A stretch of DNA of 64,000 nt, from contig OZ024759.1 of NCBI GenBank assembly GCA_964016885.1, positions 9,486,001 to 9,550,000 of the forward strand. Direction: 5' to 3'. The first letter of the stretch is position 1. Every line of letters begins with the position of its first letter. Below are positions 49,815-62,349 of this stretch, in pieces. The notes under the pieces were generated by a model. That model was not told the origin of the DNA. It saw nothing but the letters and a program-made list of their open reading frames with translations, and did not search any database. The translations under genes and the position numbers were made by a program. This stretch comes from Eledone cirrhosa (taxonomy: Eukaryota).

Positions 49815-50360
49815 GGTAGATTGGCAGTATCGGTAAAGGGTCGGATGCTATGCTTTGCAGCATAGAGTTACGCCCCTTTATGATCTGAGTTCAAATCCCG
49901 CTGAGGTTAACTTTGCCATTCATCCTTACGGGGTCGATAAAATAAAGTACCAGTCACACACTGGGGTCGATTAAATCGACTTTCCCCTCCTCCAAAATTT
50001 CTGGCTTGTGCCTTGTGCCTATATAAGAAACCATTATTTTGGCAGTATCGGTAGAGGGTCAGACACCATGCTTTCCAGCATAGAGTTACGTCCCTTTACG
50101 ATCTGAGTTCAAATCCCGCCGAGGTTGACTTTGCCTTTCATCCTTACGGAGTCGATAAAATAAAAGTACCAGTAATGCACTGGGTAATTGCTGGCCTTGT
50201 GCCAAACGTAGAAACAATTATTTAAGACTAGTGGATTGGCAGCATCGGTAAAGCATGCTTTGCGGTATAGAGTTACATCCCTTTATGTTCAAATCCCACC
50301 AAATTTAGCTTTGCTTTCCATCCTTTCGGGGTCAAAATTGCTGAAAGTAGAAACCATTGT
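49815..50360 (+). mobile_element. Three head-to-tail copies of a ~200-bp SINE
   Basis: ttggcagtatcggta...gagttcaaatcccgc.gaggttaactttgcctttcatccttacggggtcgataaaataaagtaccagt recurs near 49821, 50039 and 50237; B-box-like GAGTTCAAATCC. Confidence 0.85.
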
Positions 50361-50779
50361 TATTGCAGCGACACATTTTTCTGTTTCCAATCAACAAGTG
50401 ACGATGTAAATATCTGTTGATGCCTAACTTCAGCCTTTTGTTTATGCTCGCTGTCACCTCTGTATAAAACTCCCCAGTTTTAAGGCCCATCCAGTCATAT
50501 CCCCGGGACTTCTGGTTGTCATACCCCCAGGGGTCCTAGCAAGTTACATCATTTTTCGTCAGACCAGCTTTGGTCATTCACATCTTGCTTTACATTAAAG
50601 CTGGCACTGTTTTCATTGCTCTGCACTTCAAATTTCTAGAAGGTATTTTCAAACTGCTCCCACCCCCTGATGACTAGCTCAACACACTCAGGGAGAACCT
50701 ACCGTAGCTCTCTCTTGTTTTATGTATGAACAGAAATAAATGATCTATAATATATGTATATATTTTCTCTCTCTGTATA

Positions 50780-51630
50780 TCATCATCATCATTATCATCA
50801 TTTTACGTCTGCCTTTCCCTGCTTGCAAGGGTGGGACGGGTCTTATTCAGCACAGCATCTCTCCACTCGTCACGGTCCCTCGTCATCTCCACCGTGAGCT
50901 TCAATGATCTGAGGTCTGTTCTCACCACCTCCGCCCATGTTTTTCGTGGTCTACCTCTACCACGTCTTCCTTCAACTGGCATTTCCTGGCACTTCTTCAC
51001 CCATCGGTCATCCTCCATGCGCATCACATGTCCATACCACCTCAGTCTCCTCTCCCGTACACTACATTCTATCCCTCTCAGACACAGTTTCTCTCTCAAC
51101 ACATTTATGCTGGGTCGTTCACGCACATTTACACTGCACATCCAACGGAGCATGCTTGCTTCATTTCTCTCCAGCCGTCGCATATCCTCTGCGGTTGCTG
51201 CCCATGTCTCACTACCATGCAGCATCGCGCTCCTCACACAGGCATCATACAACCGGCCTTTCATACGCAGGGAGAAACCCTTCTTCGTCAACAGAGGAAG
51301 CAGCTCCCTAAACTTCTTCCAACCCGTCCTTATTCTAGATACTATGGCCTCGGAACACCCTCCTCCCATGCTAATCTGATCTCCTAGGTACCGGAAGCTA
51401 TCCACCACTTCTATAGCGCCCTCTCGCATTTGAAAAATGTGTCTATCAATGCGACTTCTACTGTCTAATTTCCCTGTACATCTACTGCATACATATTTCT
51501 CCCTACCTGTTAGTTTGCCTGCTATCCCGCTACATCTCTTGTGTACCCAGGACCGGCATTGTGTGCATTTTATAGAATTTATGCCAGTTCCTTTTCTGTA
51601 TATCGAACATGGCCATTTCCCTGACGGAAT
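50780..51630 (-). mobile_element. RTE LINE 3' portion, open frame, with PHD-like finger and (GAT)n tail
   Basis: Continuous frame IPSGKWPCSIYRKG...CTQCRSWVHKRC...CSRC...VDSFRYLGD...RRLRWYGHVMRM...GRRGRGRPRKTW; stop at 50803, then the tail. Confidence 0.93.
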
Positions 51631-51664
51631 CTATATATGTATATGTAGATATATAATATAAGCA

Positions 51665-51800
51665 TATGTGTGGCTGAGTGGTTAGAGAATTGGATTCACA
51701 ATCTTGAGGTTGTGAGTTCGATTCATGGACCGGCCGATGCGTTATGTCCTTGAGCAAGACATTTTATTTCACGTTGCTCCTTCTACCTGGAGTTGCGACC
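51665..51800 (+). mobile_element. tRNA-derived SINE head and core
   Basis: A box TGGCTGAGTGG, B box GAGTTCGATTC, core tgtccttgagcaagacattttatttcacgttgctcc. Confidence 0.8.
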
Positions 51801-52028
51801 GGTAGATAGTATTAGCAATTGGAAAGACCGATGGAAACATTGGTCCGATTTGACGAAAGTCGATTGATCCTTTTATACATACATACACACACGTATATAC
51901 ATATATGTCATATGGGTTATCTCAAACATTAATAATAATGTTCGATTCATTTGTAAACAAACGGCCCAATTTGAAGCTGAGCCAGTGACTGATTGTCAGC
52001 TGTTTGTTCAACACTGGCTTTGAGGAGC

Positions 52029-52067
52029 AATCAACATGTTTCTGGGTCATTACCCTTCATCAGGACT
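52029..52067 (-). ncRNA. Minimal type I hammerhead ribozyme-like motif (Penelope type)
   Basis: Minus strand: agtc-CTGATGA-a-gggt(aatg)accc-a-GAAAC-AT-GTT-gatt. Palindromic stem III ACATGT; stem I agtc/gatt; stem II closed by an A.A mismatch. Confidence 0.6.
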
Positions 52068-52099
52068 CTTTACCTCTGCCAGTCTGTTGAACATTATTA

Positions 52100-52485
52100 A
52101 GGCGCGGTGGGTTGGCAATATCAGTAGAGGGTCAGACACCATGCTTTGCAGCAAAGAGTTACGACCCTTGCCATTGAGTTCAAATCCCGCGGAGGTTAAC
52201 TTTGCCTTTCATCCTTACGGGGTCGATAAAATAAAGTTCCAGTAATACACTGGGTATTTGCTGGCCTTGTGCCAAAAGTAGAAACAATTATTAAGGCCTG
52301 GTGGATTGGCAGTATCGGTAGAGAGTTGTACGCCATGCTTTGAAGCATAGAGTTACGTCCCTTTATGATCTGAGTGCAAATCCCGCCGAGGTTAACTTTG
52401 CCTTTCATCCTTACGGGGTCGATAAAATAAAGTACCAGTAATGTACTGGGTAATTGCTGGCCTTGTGCCAAAATAGAAACAATTT
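52100..52485 (+). mobile_element. Two tandem copies of the ~200-bp SINE
   Basis: Same family as 49815-50360; copies begin near 52100 and 52293. Confidence 0.85.
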
Positions 52486-52662
52486 TTATTAATGTTCGAT
52501 ATAACCCATACGCACATGTAGATGTATATATGTGCGTGTATATGTATATATATATGTTGTTTATTACATAACTAAAAAGCTCTGTAGCCTACATAGAGCA
52601 CTCTCTTTTTCTTTACCTTTCCTACGGAAACAATATATATATACAGTATATATATATATATA

Positions 52663-53527
52663 CAGGGTGCGGACGATATCTGTTCGCAAGATTACTGTCT
52701 AGGAAAAAATAACACAGTAGTTTTATTTTTTAAGATATATTTATCAAACTTGGGTCAGTTTGTCTTCATGACTTGTTCTTTCGATCTCACTCGATAAACC
52801 CACCATTGGCTTTGATGACGGCCTCAAAGTGGCCTCGGAACTGGCTACAGGCCTTCGTCCCTGTCCCCCGACTTAGGCCCCTAAAGGCACTTGTGATCCT
52901 GGCCTTCAGATCGTCTTTCATATTGCAGCTAGATCTGTTGGTGTCTCGTTCCACTGCTCCCCACACAAAGAAGTCGAGGGGGTTGCAGTCAGGCGAGCTG
53001 GGATGTCAGGTGAAGTGTGGTCGACGAAGTTCTCTGAAAGCCAGGCTTGGGTCTTTCGGCTGGTATGGCAGGGTGCTGAGTCTTACTGCCACACGTACAG
53101 CCTACCTGCAGCTACCTGGTCGATCCACGGCTTTACTACCTCGCTTAGAACACGGATGTAGCCATCGGTGTTCAGCTTGAGGCCCTCAGGGAAGAAGTGA
53201 GGTGGCATGACAACACCTAAGACCAATGTTGTCGCTGGAAACTGTCTGCATGACTCTGGGCATGTCTTTGGATGAGACAGCGAGCCACCTGTTGTTCTGG
53301 GAGTTGATCTTCTGGTTTTATTTGTCCTCCCGAAGCGGATTCCAAGAAGAACCCCATGTCTCTTCCACAAATTTGGAGGTTCAAAATTATTCATAATCAA
53401 TTATTCTGAAAATAAATAATGGAAATATAGTCACTGTTTTTATGAAGACAAGAGTCACAACGGAAGTAAAAAAAATTTGCATAAAATTAGCAGTTGAAAA
53501 TTGCGAACAAATATCGTCTGCACCCTG
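52663..53527 (-). mobile_element. Tc1/mariner superfamily (maT/DD37D-like) DNA transposon, internally deleted, TIRs intact
   Basis: TA|cagggtgcggacgatatctgttcgcaa ... ttgcgaacaaatatcgtctgcaccctg|TA (27-bp TIRs, 2 mismatches). Transposase remnant VMPPHFFPEGLKLN...YVWQ*DSAPCHTSRKTQAWL...SSPDCNPLDFFVWGAVE. Confidence 0.92.
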
Positions 53528-53627
53528 TATATATATATATGTGTGTGTACGTGTGCATACTTACATTTATGTATCACCTGTGCTAGGGTAAGAAATAAAA
53601 TTCTAATTTTATTTTTCCTATATCTAT

Positions 53628-53745
53628 AATTGTTTCTACTTCTGGCACAAGGCCAGCAATTAACCAGTGTATTACTAGTACTTTATTTTATTGACCCCGT
53701 AAGGATGAAAGGTAAAGTCAACCTCGGCGGGATTTGAACTCAGAA
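53628..53745 (-). mobile_element. Partial ~200-bp SINE copy
   Basis: Reverse complement of ctgagttcaaatcccgccgaggttgacttt...cttgtgccagaagtagaaacaatta. Confidence 0.8.
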
Positions 53746-54585
53746 TGGACCAGGTCATGAAAGTAACAGAAAGAGCTATAGCACAGTTGATTAGGGACCA
53801 GGTGAAACTAGATGAGATGAAATTTGGGTTTGTAACAGGAAGAGGCACCACTGATGCCCTCTTCCTTGTGAGGTAGTTACAGGAAAAGTACCTAGCTAAA
53901 AGTAAGCCACTCTACCTGGCATTCGTCGATCTCGAGAAAGCCTTTGACAGAGTTCCCCGTGCTATAATCTGGTGGGCTCTTAGAAAACTAGGAGTAGATG
54001 AATGGCTTGTGAAAGCTGTACAAGCCATGTATAGGGGAGCAGTCAGCAAAGTTAGGATTAGCAATGAGTATAGCGAAGAATTTAGCGTACAGGTTGGGGT
54101 CCACCAGGGCTCTGTTCTTAGCCCTCTCCTGTTCATCATAGTCCTGCAGGCAATAACTAATGGATGCCCATGGGACTCCTGTATGCAGATGACCTCGCAC
54201 TTATAGCTGAATCTATGGTAGAACTAGAGAAGAAATTCCAAACTTGGAAGCAGGGACTAGAAAGAAAGGGTCTCAAAGTCAACATGACAAAGACTAAGGT
54301 CCTTGTAAGTAGACGAGAAAACAGAACCCAGATCCCCTCAGGGAAATGGCCTTGCTCAGTATGTAGGAAAGGTGTAGGTAGGAACTCCATTCTCTTCCCC
54401 AAATGCAAACAATGGGTACACAAGAGATATAGTGGGATCTCAGGAAGTTTAACTAAGAATGTAGGCTTCACATTTAGCAGCTGCACCGAGACAGCAAGCA
54501 GCAAACGGCCACAGGAAACAAGTACCACCAAACTCTTGGAGGGCTCTGTAGAAACAGTAGACAGCTTCTGCTACCTAGGTGACTG
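53746..54585 (+). mobile_element. RTE LINE reverse-transcriptase fragment (disrupted)
   Basis: AFVDLEKAFDRVPR, GVHQGSVLSPLLF, LYADDLAL, and the PHD-like CSVCRKG...WVHKR. Confidence 0.92.
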
Positions 54586-54762
54586 GGGTCCCTATCATTC
54601 CACTGTAAAGTGGTTGTGGAGGTGCCACAGCAAAAAAGCACCCAGCACTCACTGTAAATGAGGTTGGTGTTAGGAAGGGCATCCAGCTGCAGAAATCAAG
54701 CCAGAATCAGTTCCCGTCCCACCCTTGCAAGCAGGGAAAAGCGGACGTAAAATGATGATGAT
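54586..54762 (+). mobile_element. SINE 3' half with RTE-type tail fused to the RT fragment
   Basis: Reverse complement of 59975-60180; ends cccacccttgcaagcagggaaaagcggacgtaaaatgatgatg. Confidence 0.8.
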
Positions 54763-54764
54763 AC

Positions 54765-54839
<75 letters not shown>

Positions 54840-54892
54840 TATATTAAGAGAGTAAAACAAAGAATCCTTTAATACATCAAAAGTTTTTATTA

Positions 54893-54930
54893 GCCGACAA
54901 TGTTTCGTCCTATTAAGGACTCATCAGGGC
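54893..54930 (-). ncRNA. Minimal hammerhead ribozyme (mirror copy)
   Basis: Reverse complement of 55387-55424. Confidence 0.75.
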
Positions 54931-55386
54931 AATCAAAACAACAAGAGGTAATATCGGCAGATACAAGCCAGAAACTCTGAAGAATATGGAGTGTACATAC
55001 ACTAATGTCTTACAAAAATATATGATAATAAAAATAATAAAAATATATAATAAGAATAACTAAGGATGTAGATAACATTAAGAACCATATTACAAATATA
55101 GTCCAAAGCAACCAACCTAAATCTAAACAAATTTGGTTATATAGAGCAGGAATTATATATAACACAATATAATACATTATAATAATAATATACTTTTTAG
55201 GTTGGTTGCTTTGGACTATATTTGTAATATGGTTCTTAATGTTATCTACATCCTTAGTTATTCTTATTATATATTTTTATTATTTTTATTATCATATATT
55301 TTTTCAAGACATTAGTGTATGTACACTCCATATTGTTCAGAGTTTCTGGCTTGTATCTGCCGATATTACCTCTTGTTGTTTTGATT

Positions 55387-55424
55387 GCCCTGATGAGTCC
55401 TTAATAGGACGAAACATTGTCGGC
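55387..55424 (+). ncRNA. Minimal type I hammerhead ribozyme
   Basis: gcc-CTGATGA-gtcc(ttaata)ggac-GAAAC(att)GTC-ggc: full catalytic core, GUC cleavage triplet, stem I gcc/ggc; AATAAA at 55426. Confidence 0.8.
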
Positions 55425-55574
55425 TAATAAAAACTTTTGATGTATTAAAGGATTCTTTGTTTTACTCTCTTAATTTTTTGGCTCTGTTTAACTGCATTGA
55501 GCTATACCTTTTACTGTCATTTCTATAATACGAAGAGGGTGTTTGACTCCAACACGCTCCAGTATTCTAATCCT

Positions 55575-56532
<958 letters not shown>

Positions 56533-56533
<1 letters not shown>

Positions 56534-57595
56534 TGCAGGGCAATAAAGATAGACGGTAGCCAAGGAATAGGCAGACCCAGAAAAACCTGGGACGAGCTGA
56601 TAAATTCCGACCTTTACACACACTTAATAGAGAAGACCCGCCTTACCTAAATACAAAGTAAAACCTACTACAGTCAGTAGGCATCTCTAACAAAATACAC
56701 CCCCGTCACACCACCCCCACCCCATCCACACCGCCCCTTTCAATGTAAAGTTATGTTGGTGCCACAACATCCAGGCCGAAACAAATGAGATCGTGTAGGT
56801 GTCACGACAAAAAACACACAGTCCACGCTGTAATGTGGCCGTGTAGGTAACACGGTAAAAACCTCCCAGCCCCACACTGTAAATGTGGTTGGTGTTAGGA
56901 AGGGCATCCAGCTGTAGAAAACCCGCCAGACAGTCCACGCTGTAATGTGGCCGTGTAGGCAACACAGTAAAAACCTCCTAGCCCCACACTGTAAACGTGG
57001 TTGGTGTTAGGAAGGGCATCCAGCTGTAGAAAACCCGCCAGACAGTCCACGCTGTAATGTGGCCGTGTAGGCAACACAGTAAAAACCTCCCAGCCCCACA
57101 CTGTAAACGTGGTTGGTGTTAGGAAGGGCATCCAGCTGTAGAAAACCCGCCAGACAGTCCACGCTGTAATGTGGCCGTGTAGGTAAGACGGTAAAAACCT
57201 CCCAGTCCCACACTGTAAACGTGGTTGGTGTTAGGAAGGGCATCCAGCTGTAGAAAACCCGCCAGACAGTCCACGCTGTAATGTGGCCGTGTAGGCAACA
57301 CAGTAAAAACCTCCTAGCCCCACACTGTAAACGTGGTTGGTGTTAGGAAGGGCATCCAGCTGTAGAAAACCCGCCAGACAGTCCACGCTGTAATGTGGCC
57401 GTGTAGGCAACACAGTAAAAACCTCCCAGCCCCACACTGTAAACGTGGTTGGTGTTAGGAAGGGCATCCAGCTGTAGAAACCCGCCAGACAGTCCTATGC
57501 GAGCAGGACAACCACTCTTGCCTCAAGTGGGAAAACCCCCGTCCAAACCCATGCAAGCGTGGAACACGGACGTTAAACGTTGATGATGATGATGA
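56533..57595 (+). mobile_element. 3' end of a second RTE family (ORF end plus long 3' UTR), (GAT)n tail
   Basis: 56533-56690 matches the ORF end at 59712-59920 (GRPRKTWD); ends aacccatgcaagcgtggaacacggacgttaaacgttgatgatg. Confidence 0.8.
56819..57492 (+). repeat. 112-bp tandem repeat x6 inside the RTE 3' UTR
   Basis: cagtccacgctgtaatgtggccgtgtagg...agggcatccagctgtagaaaacccgccaga; period 56931->57043. A monomeric counterpart lies on the minus strand near 61455-61560. Confidence 0.93.
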
Positions 57596-57639
57596 TATAT
57601 ATATATATAGATATATATATACACATATATATATATCAT

Positions 57640-57943
57640 TCATCATCATCATTTCATTTTACGTCCGCTTTTTCCCTGCTTGCAAGGGTGGGACGGTAAC
57701 TGATTCTGGCTTGATTTCTACAGCTGGATGCCCTTCCTAACACCAACCTCATTTACAGTGAGTGCTGGGTGCTTTTTTGCCGTGGAATGATAGTCCCTAT
57801 CATCTCATTTCTACAGCTGAGTAAACTGGAGCAATGTGAAATAAAGTGTCTTGCTCAAGGAAACAACGCATCACCCGGTCTGAGAATTGAACTCACAACC
57901 TTTCGATTGCAAGGCCAATGCTCTAACCACTAAGCCATGTGCC
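57640..57943 (-). mobile_element. tRNA-derived SINE with RTE-type 3' tail
   Basis: Minus strand: ggcacatggcttagtggttagag (A box)...gagttcaattc (B box)...tccttgagcaagacac...ttaggaagggcatccagctg...cccacccttgcaagcaggg...cggacgtaaaatga. Confidence 0.85.
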
Positions 57944-58041
57944 TAAATATATATATACATATATATACATATATATATATACATATATATATATACATAT
58001 ATATATATATATGTATATTATATATATATTATATATATATA

Positions 58042-58123
<82 letters not shown>

Positions 58124-58204
58124 TCAAGTGGGAAAACCCCCGTCCAAACCCATGCAAGCGTGGAACACGGACGCTAAACCTGATGATGATGATGATGATA
58201 TATA

Positions 58205-59930
58205 TAGCTAGGAGACAAGTGTACTTTGCAAAAAAGTAATCAGAGGAAAGAAAGTTCAAGCATGTTCTAAAACGTGAGGTGTTCAGGGTTGCTAGGCAAT
58301 GTGTCAAGGGAAACTGTGGTATTGTCGGGGAGAAGTGTGACCATAATGATAACGGTGTACTTGCCCTCACTGATATTGATAAGAAGATAGCCTGGAAGTG
58401 TCACACGAGGGACCAGCAGTGCAAGTTAAAGGTAGTATAATAAGTAAGGCAATCAAAGATATGAAGACAGGCAAGGCAGCTGGGCCTTCGGAGATAGTTG
58501 TTGAGATGTTGAAGGCATCTGGTATGGTGGGACATACTATGGTCACCCGTATAGTTAACCAAGTAATACAGAATGGGGTAATACCAAAAGACTGGCATTG
58601 CAGCAGCATCATTAACTGCTACAAGGGTAGAGGGGATGCTCTAGATAGGGGAAACTATAGAGGCATTAAGTTAGTTGACCAGGTCATGAAGGTCACAGAA
58701 AGAGTTAAACCGCAACTAATCAGAGAGAGAATTGATCTAGATGAAATGCAGTTTGGGTTTGTGTCAGGTAAAAGTACCACAGACGCTCTTTTACTTGTAC
58801 GACAACTACAAGAGAAGTACCTAGCTAAAAGTAAACCCCTCTACTTAGCTTTTGTAGACCTGGAGAAAGCCTTTGACAGAGTCCCTCGCTCCATTATCTG
58901 GTGGGCTCTTAAAAAACTAGGTGTAGATGAACGGCTTGTGAGAGCTATACAAGCTATGTATAATGAAACAGTCAGTAAGGTTAGAATTAACAATGAATAT
59001 TGTGAAGAATTTAGTGTAAAAGTTGGCGTTCATTAAGGCTCTGTCCTTAGCCCCCTCCTATTTATTATAGCCCTTCAGGCTATAACAGAGGAGTTCAAGA
59101 CCGGCTGCCCATGGGAACTCCTATACTCAGATGATCTAACGCTCATAGCTGAATCAATGGCTGAACTAGAGAAAAAATTCCAAACATGGAAGCATGACCT
59201 AGAATCAAAAGGCCTTAAAGTTAACTTGTCTAAGACTCAAGTTCTAGTTTGTAGAAAGGAAAATAGGGCACAGGTGCCCTCAGGGAAATGGGCATGCTCA
59301 GTGTGTAGGAAAGGGGTAGGCAGAAATTCCATTTTATGTGGAGGGTGTTCTGAAAGTACAGTAGCCAGAGTCAGAACGAAATGTAAAAAGTTCAGAGAGC
59401 TTATACCGCTGTTGGCCACAAATGGTTTCTTTCTAAAAATGAAAGGCAGATTGTATGTTGCCTGTATACGAACAATAGTGCTACATGGCAGTGAGACATG
59501 GGCATTACGTGCAGAGGACCTGCGCAAACTGGAAAGGAACGAAGCTTGCATGCTCCGTTGGATGTGTAATAGTAATATACGTGAATGGCAAAGCATAAAT
59601 GAACTAAGTGAGAAATTAGGAATAAGAGGGATCAGATGCTGTTTACTTGAGAGAAGACTACGTTGGTATGGCCACGTGATGCGCATGAAAGATGACAGCT
59701 GTATAAAAAAGTGCAGGGCGATCAAAATAGACGGTAGCCACGGAGTAGGCAGACCCAGAAAAACCTGGGACGATCTGATAAATTCCGACCTTACACACTT
59801 ATACCTCTCTAAGACAATGTCACTGGACCGAGATCTTTGGCGCTACACAGTTATACAGGAGACCCGCCTTGCCTAAGTACAAAGTGTAACCTACAGTCAG
59901 TAGGCACCTCTTAACCAAATGTACCACTCA
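58205..59930 (+). mobile_element. RTE LINE ORF (RT to C-terminus), disrupted by a stop and deletions
   Basis: GKAAGPS, KGRGDALDRGNYRGIKL, QFGFVSGKSTTDA, FVDLEKAFDRVP, GVH*GSVLSPLLF, LYSDDL, RRLRWYGHVMRM, GRPRKTW. Confidence 0.93.
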
Positions 59931-59941
59931 CCCCATATATA

Positions 59942-59973
<32 letters not shown>

Positions 59974-59974
59974 C

Positions 59975-60222
59975 ATCATTTCATTTTCATCATCATTTCA
60001 TTTTACGTCCACTTTTCCCTGCTTGCAAGGGTGGGACGGGAACTGATTCTGGCTTGATTTCTACAGCTGGATGCCCTTCCTAACACCAACCTCATTTACA
60101 GTGAGTGCTGGGTGCTTTTTTGCCGTGGCACCTCCACGACCACTTTGCAGTGGAATGATAGGGACCCCAGTCCCTATCATCTCATTTCTACAGCTGAGTA
60201 AACTGGAGCAATGTGAAATAAA
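59975..60222 (-). mobile_element. 5'-truncated SINE with RTE-type tail
   Basis: Near-identical to 57640-57845. Confidence 0.85.
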
Positions 60223-60694
60223 TATATATAAATCTATATATATCTATATATATATATATACACACACATATATATACATATATACATAGAAAAGATCTGA
60301 AAAAGGATCTGCTCCGAAATCAATAGATGTGTCTGAGGAACCTGCGAATCCAGATTCAGGTCAATCCACACACAGATCGCACCTCAAGCTGTTTGCCGGG
60401 GAAACAATTGTAACACAATAAATTGAGTTACAATGCATCACTGATTTTTCGTTTTCCATTCTATTATACTCTTTCTCCGTAGGAGCATAGAGTGCTCAAC
60501 TAGCATACCGCCTATACATATATACAAATATACATAATCATGAAATACCTATGATTCCTAGCAGACAACTGACAATGGATATTCCCCTCTTTTGGCCGTA
60601 ACTTTTATTTTTCATTATATATATATATACATATATATATATATGTATATACATATATATATATGTATATATAATAATGATAATAATAATGAAA

Positions 60695-61345
60695 TTATTG
60701 TGTAAAGTGCTCAGGTGCACTACAACTCGTCAATATAGTACATAGAATAATACACAAATGCCAGGGAAGTACATGTGTGTATGTGTTAGCTGTAGTGTTG
60801 GCGGATCTCGGGAAGCATGGAGGCCTTAAAGGATGCAGTGTCTCGACAGCTAACAACTGATGCAGGTAGTTTGTTCCATGGAGGCCTTAAAGGATGCAGT
60901 GTCTCGACAGCTAACAACTGATGCAGGTAGTTTGTTCCATGGAGGCCTTAAAGGATGCAGTGTCTCGACAGCTAACAACTGATGCAGGTAGTTTGTTCCA
61001 TGGAGGCCTTAAAGGATGCAGTGTCTCGACAGCTAACAACTGATGCAGGTAGTTTGTTCCATGGAGGCCTTAAAGGATGCAGTGTCTCGACAGCTAACAA
61101 CTGATGCAGGTAGTTTGTTCCATGGAGGCCTTAAAGGATGCAGTGTCTCGACAGCTAACAACTGATGCAGGTAGTTTGTTCCATGGAGGCCTTAAAGGAT
61201 GCAGTGTCTCGACAGCTAACAACTGATGCAGGTAGTTTGTTCCATGCTTCAGCAACTCTGAGCGTGAAAAAATGTTTCCGAAAGTCATGGGAACTGTGCT
61301 GTTTTCTTACTTTGTGGGCATGTCCACGTGTGTTAGACACATGGA
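60695..61345 (-). mobile_element. CR1-like LINE 3' end containing a 61-bp tandem amplification
   Basis: SNTRGHAHKVRKQHSSHDFRKHFFTLRVAEAWNKLPASVV...SFK matches the CR1 C-terminal TRGH..K......R..FF..RV...WN.LP motif. Confidence 0.88.
60816..61246 (+). repeat. 61-bp tandem repeat x7, apparently identical
   Basis: catggaggccttaaaggatgcagtgtctcgacagctaacaactgatgcaggtagtttgttc; period 60816->60877. Confidence 0.96.
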
Positions 61346-61347
61346 AA

Positions 61348-61775
61348 TCATCATCATCATCGTTTAACGTCCATCTTCCGCGCTAGCATGGGTTAGACGG
61401 GAGTTGTCCCACTTGAGGCACGGTAGGTCGGGTGACCATGTCTCGCTCGTATGGGACTGTCTGGCGGGTTTTCTACAGCTGGATGCCCTTCCTTTACAGT
61501 GTGGAACTGGAAGGTTTTTACCGTGTTACCTACACGGCCACATTACAGCGTGGACTGTGTGTGTTTTTGTCGTGACACCTACATGATCTCGATCTCATTA
61601 TCTCATTTATTTGGACTGGATGTTGTGAGTACCAACTTTACAGAGAGAGCGTGGTGTTGGTGGGAGTGGGAGGATAGGGTAGGAGTAGTGGGTTGGGGTG
61701 TATATTTGGTTAAGAGGTGCCTACTGACTAGGTTTGTATGCAATGGCAGTCGGGTCTTCTGTATAACTGCTTGTG
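61348..61775 (-). mobile_element. RTE (second family) 3' UTR, unamplified copy
   Basis: Reverse-complement similarity to 56620-57595 with a single 112-bp unit; catcatcat tail at 61349. Confidence 0.75.
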
Positions 61776-61935
61776 TACATTATGTAGATATATAGATATG
61801 TATGTATACATTATATAGATATATATATATATATGTATACATTATATATGCAAAAGTTTTATTTAAAATTGTTGGGTTACAACGAGTAAATATTTTATAA
61901 CTGATATAAAGCACTCAACAAGTTTTGGAGTAGAT

Positions 61936-62322
61936 ATACGATATTAAACAAATGGAAACTATATTTATAAAACCATATTTATTTCATTATACATATTTCA
62001 GGGATACCATATTAAAAATATGGCATGCCTTCTTCAGATAAAATACAATATATAAGCAGTTTTATAAATAAATTTGACGTACCATAAAAATATTGATCAA
62101 CTTCCATTTAAAAAAGTTGGTTTGGTAGACTACCAAACCAACTTTTTTAAATGGAAGTTGATCAATATTTTTATGGTACGTCAAATTTATTTATAAAACT
62201 GCTTATATATTGTATTTTATCTGAAGAAGGCATGCCATATTTTTAATATGGTATCCCTGAAATATGTATAATGAAATAAATATGGTTTTATAAATATAGT
62301 TTCCATTTGTTTAATATCGTAT
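61936..62322. repeat. Perfect palindrome: 193-bp arms, 1-nt spacer at 62129
   Basis: Arms read as exact reverse complements by eye (…gttggtttggtag-A-ctaccaaaccaac…). Confidence 0.93.
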
Positions 62323-62349
62323 GTATACATTATATATATATATTATATA

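Larger units (their letters stand above)
54843..55474. repeat. Long inverted repeat (279-bp arms, 74-bp spacer), Penelope pLTR-like
   Basis: 54843-55121 is the reverse complement of 55196-55474 with only a few mismatches; embedded between (TA)n tracts. Confidence 0.92.

Noticed and set aside
51665-51735. Possible tRNA gene
   Set aside because: A and B boxes are present but there is no closed cloverleaf, and it continues into a SINE core; the same holds for 57870-57943.
58398-59876. RT ORFs as an active or domesticated gene
   Set aside because: In-frame stop in the QG motif, YADD changed to YSDD, internal deletions and no endonuclease domain: a dead RTE copy.
60306-60330. Hammerhead-like ctgaaaaa-gga..tcc-gaaa near 60298-60330
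   Set aside because: Core lacks the conserved GA of CUGANGA and stem I does not pair.
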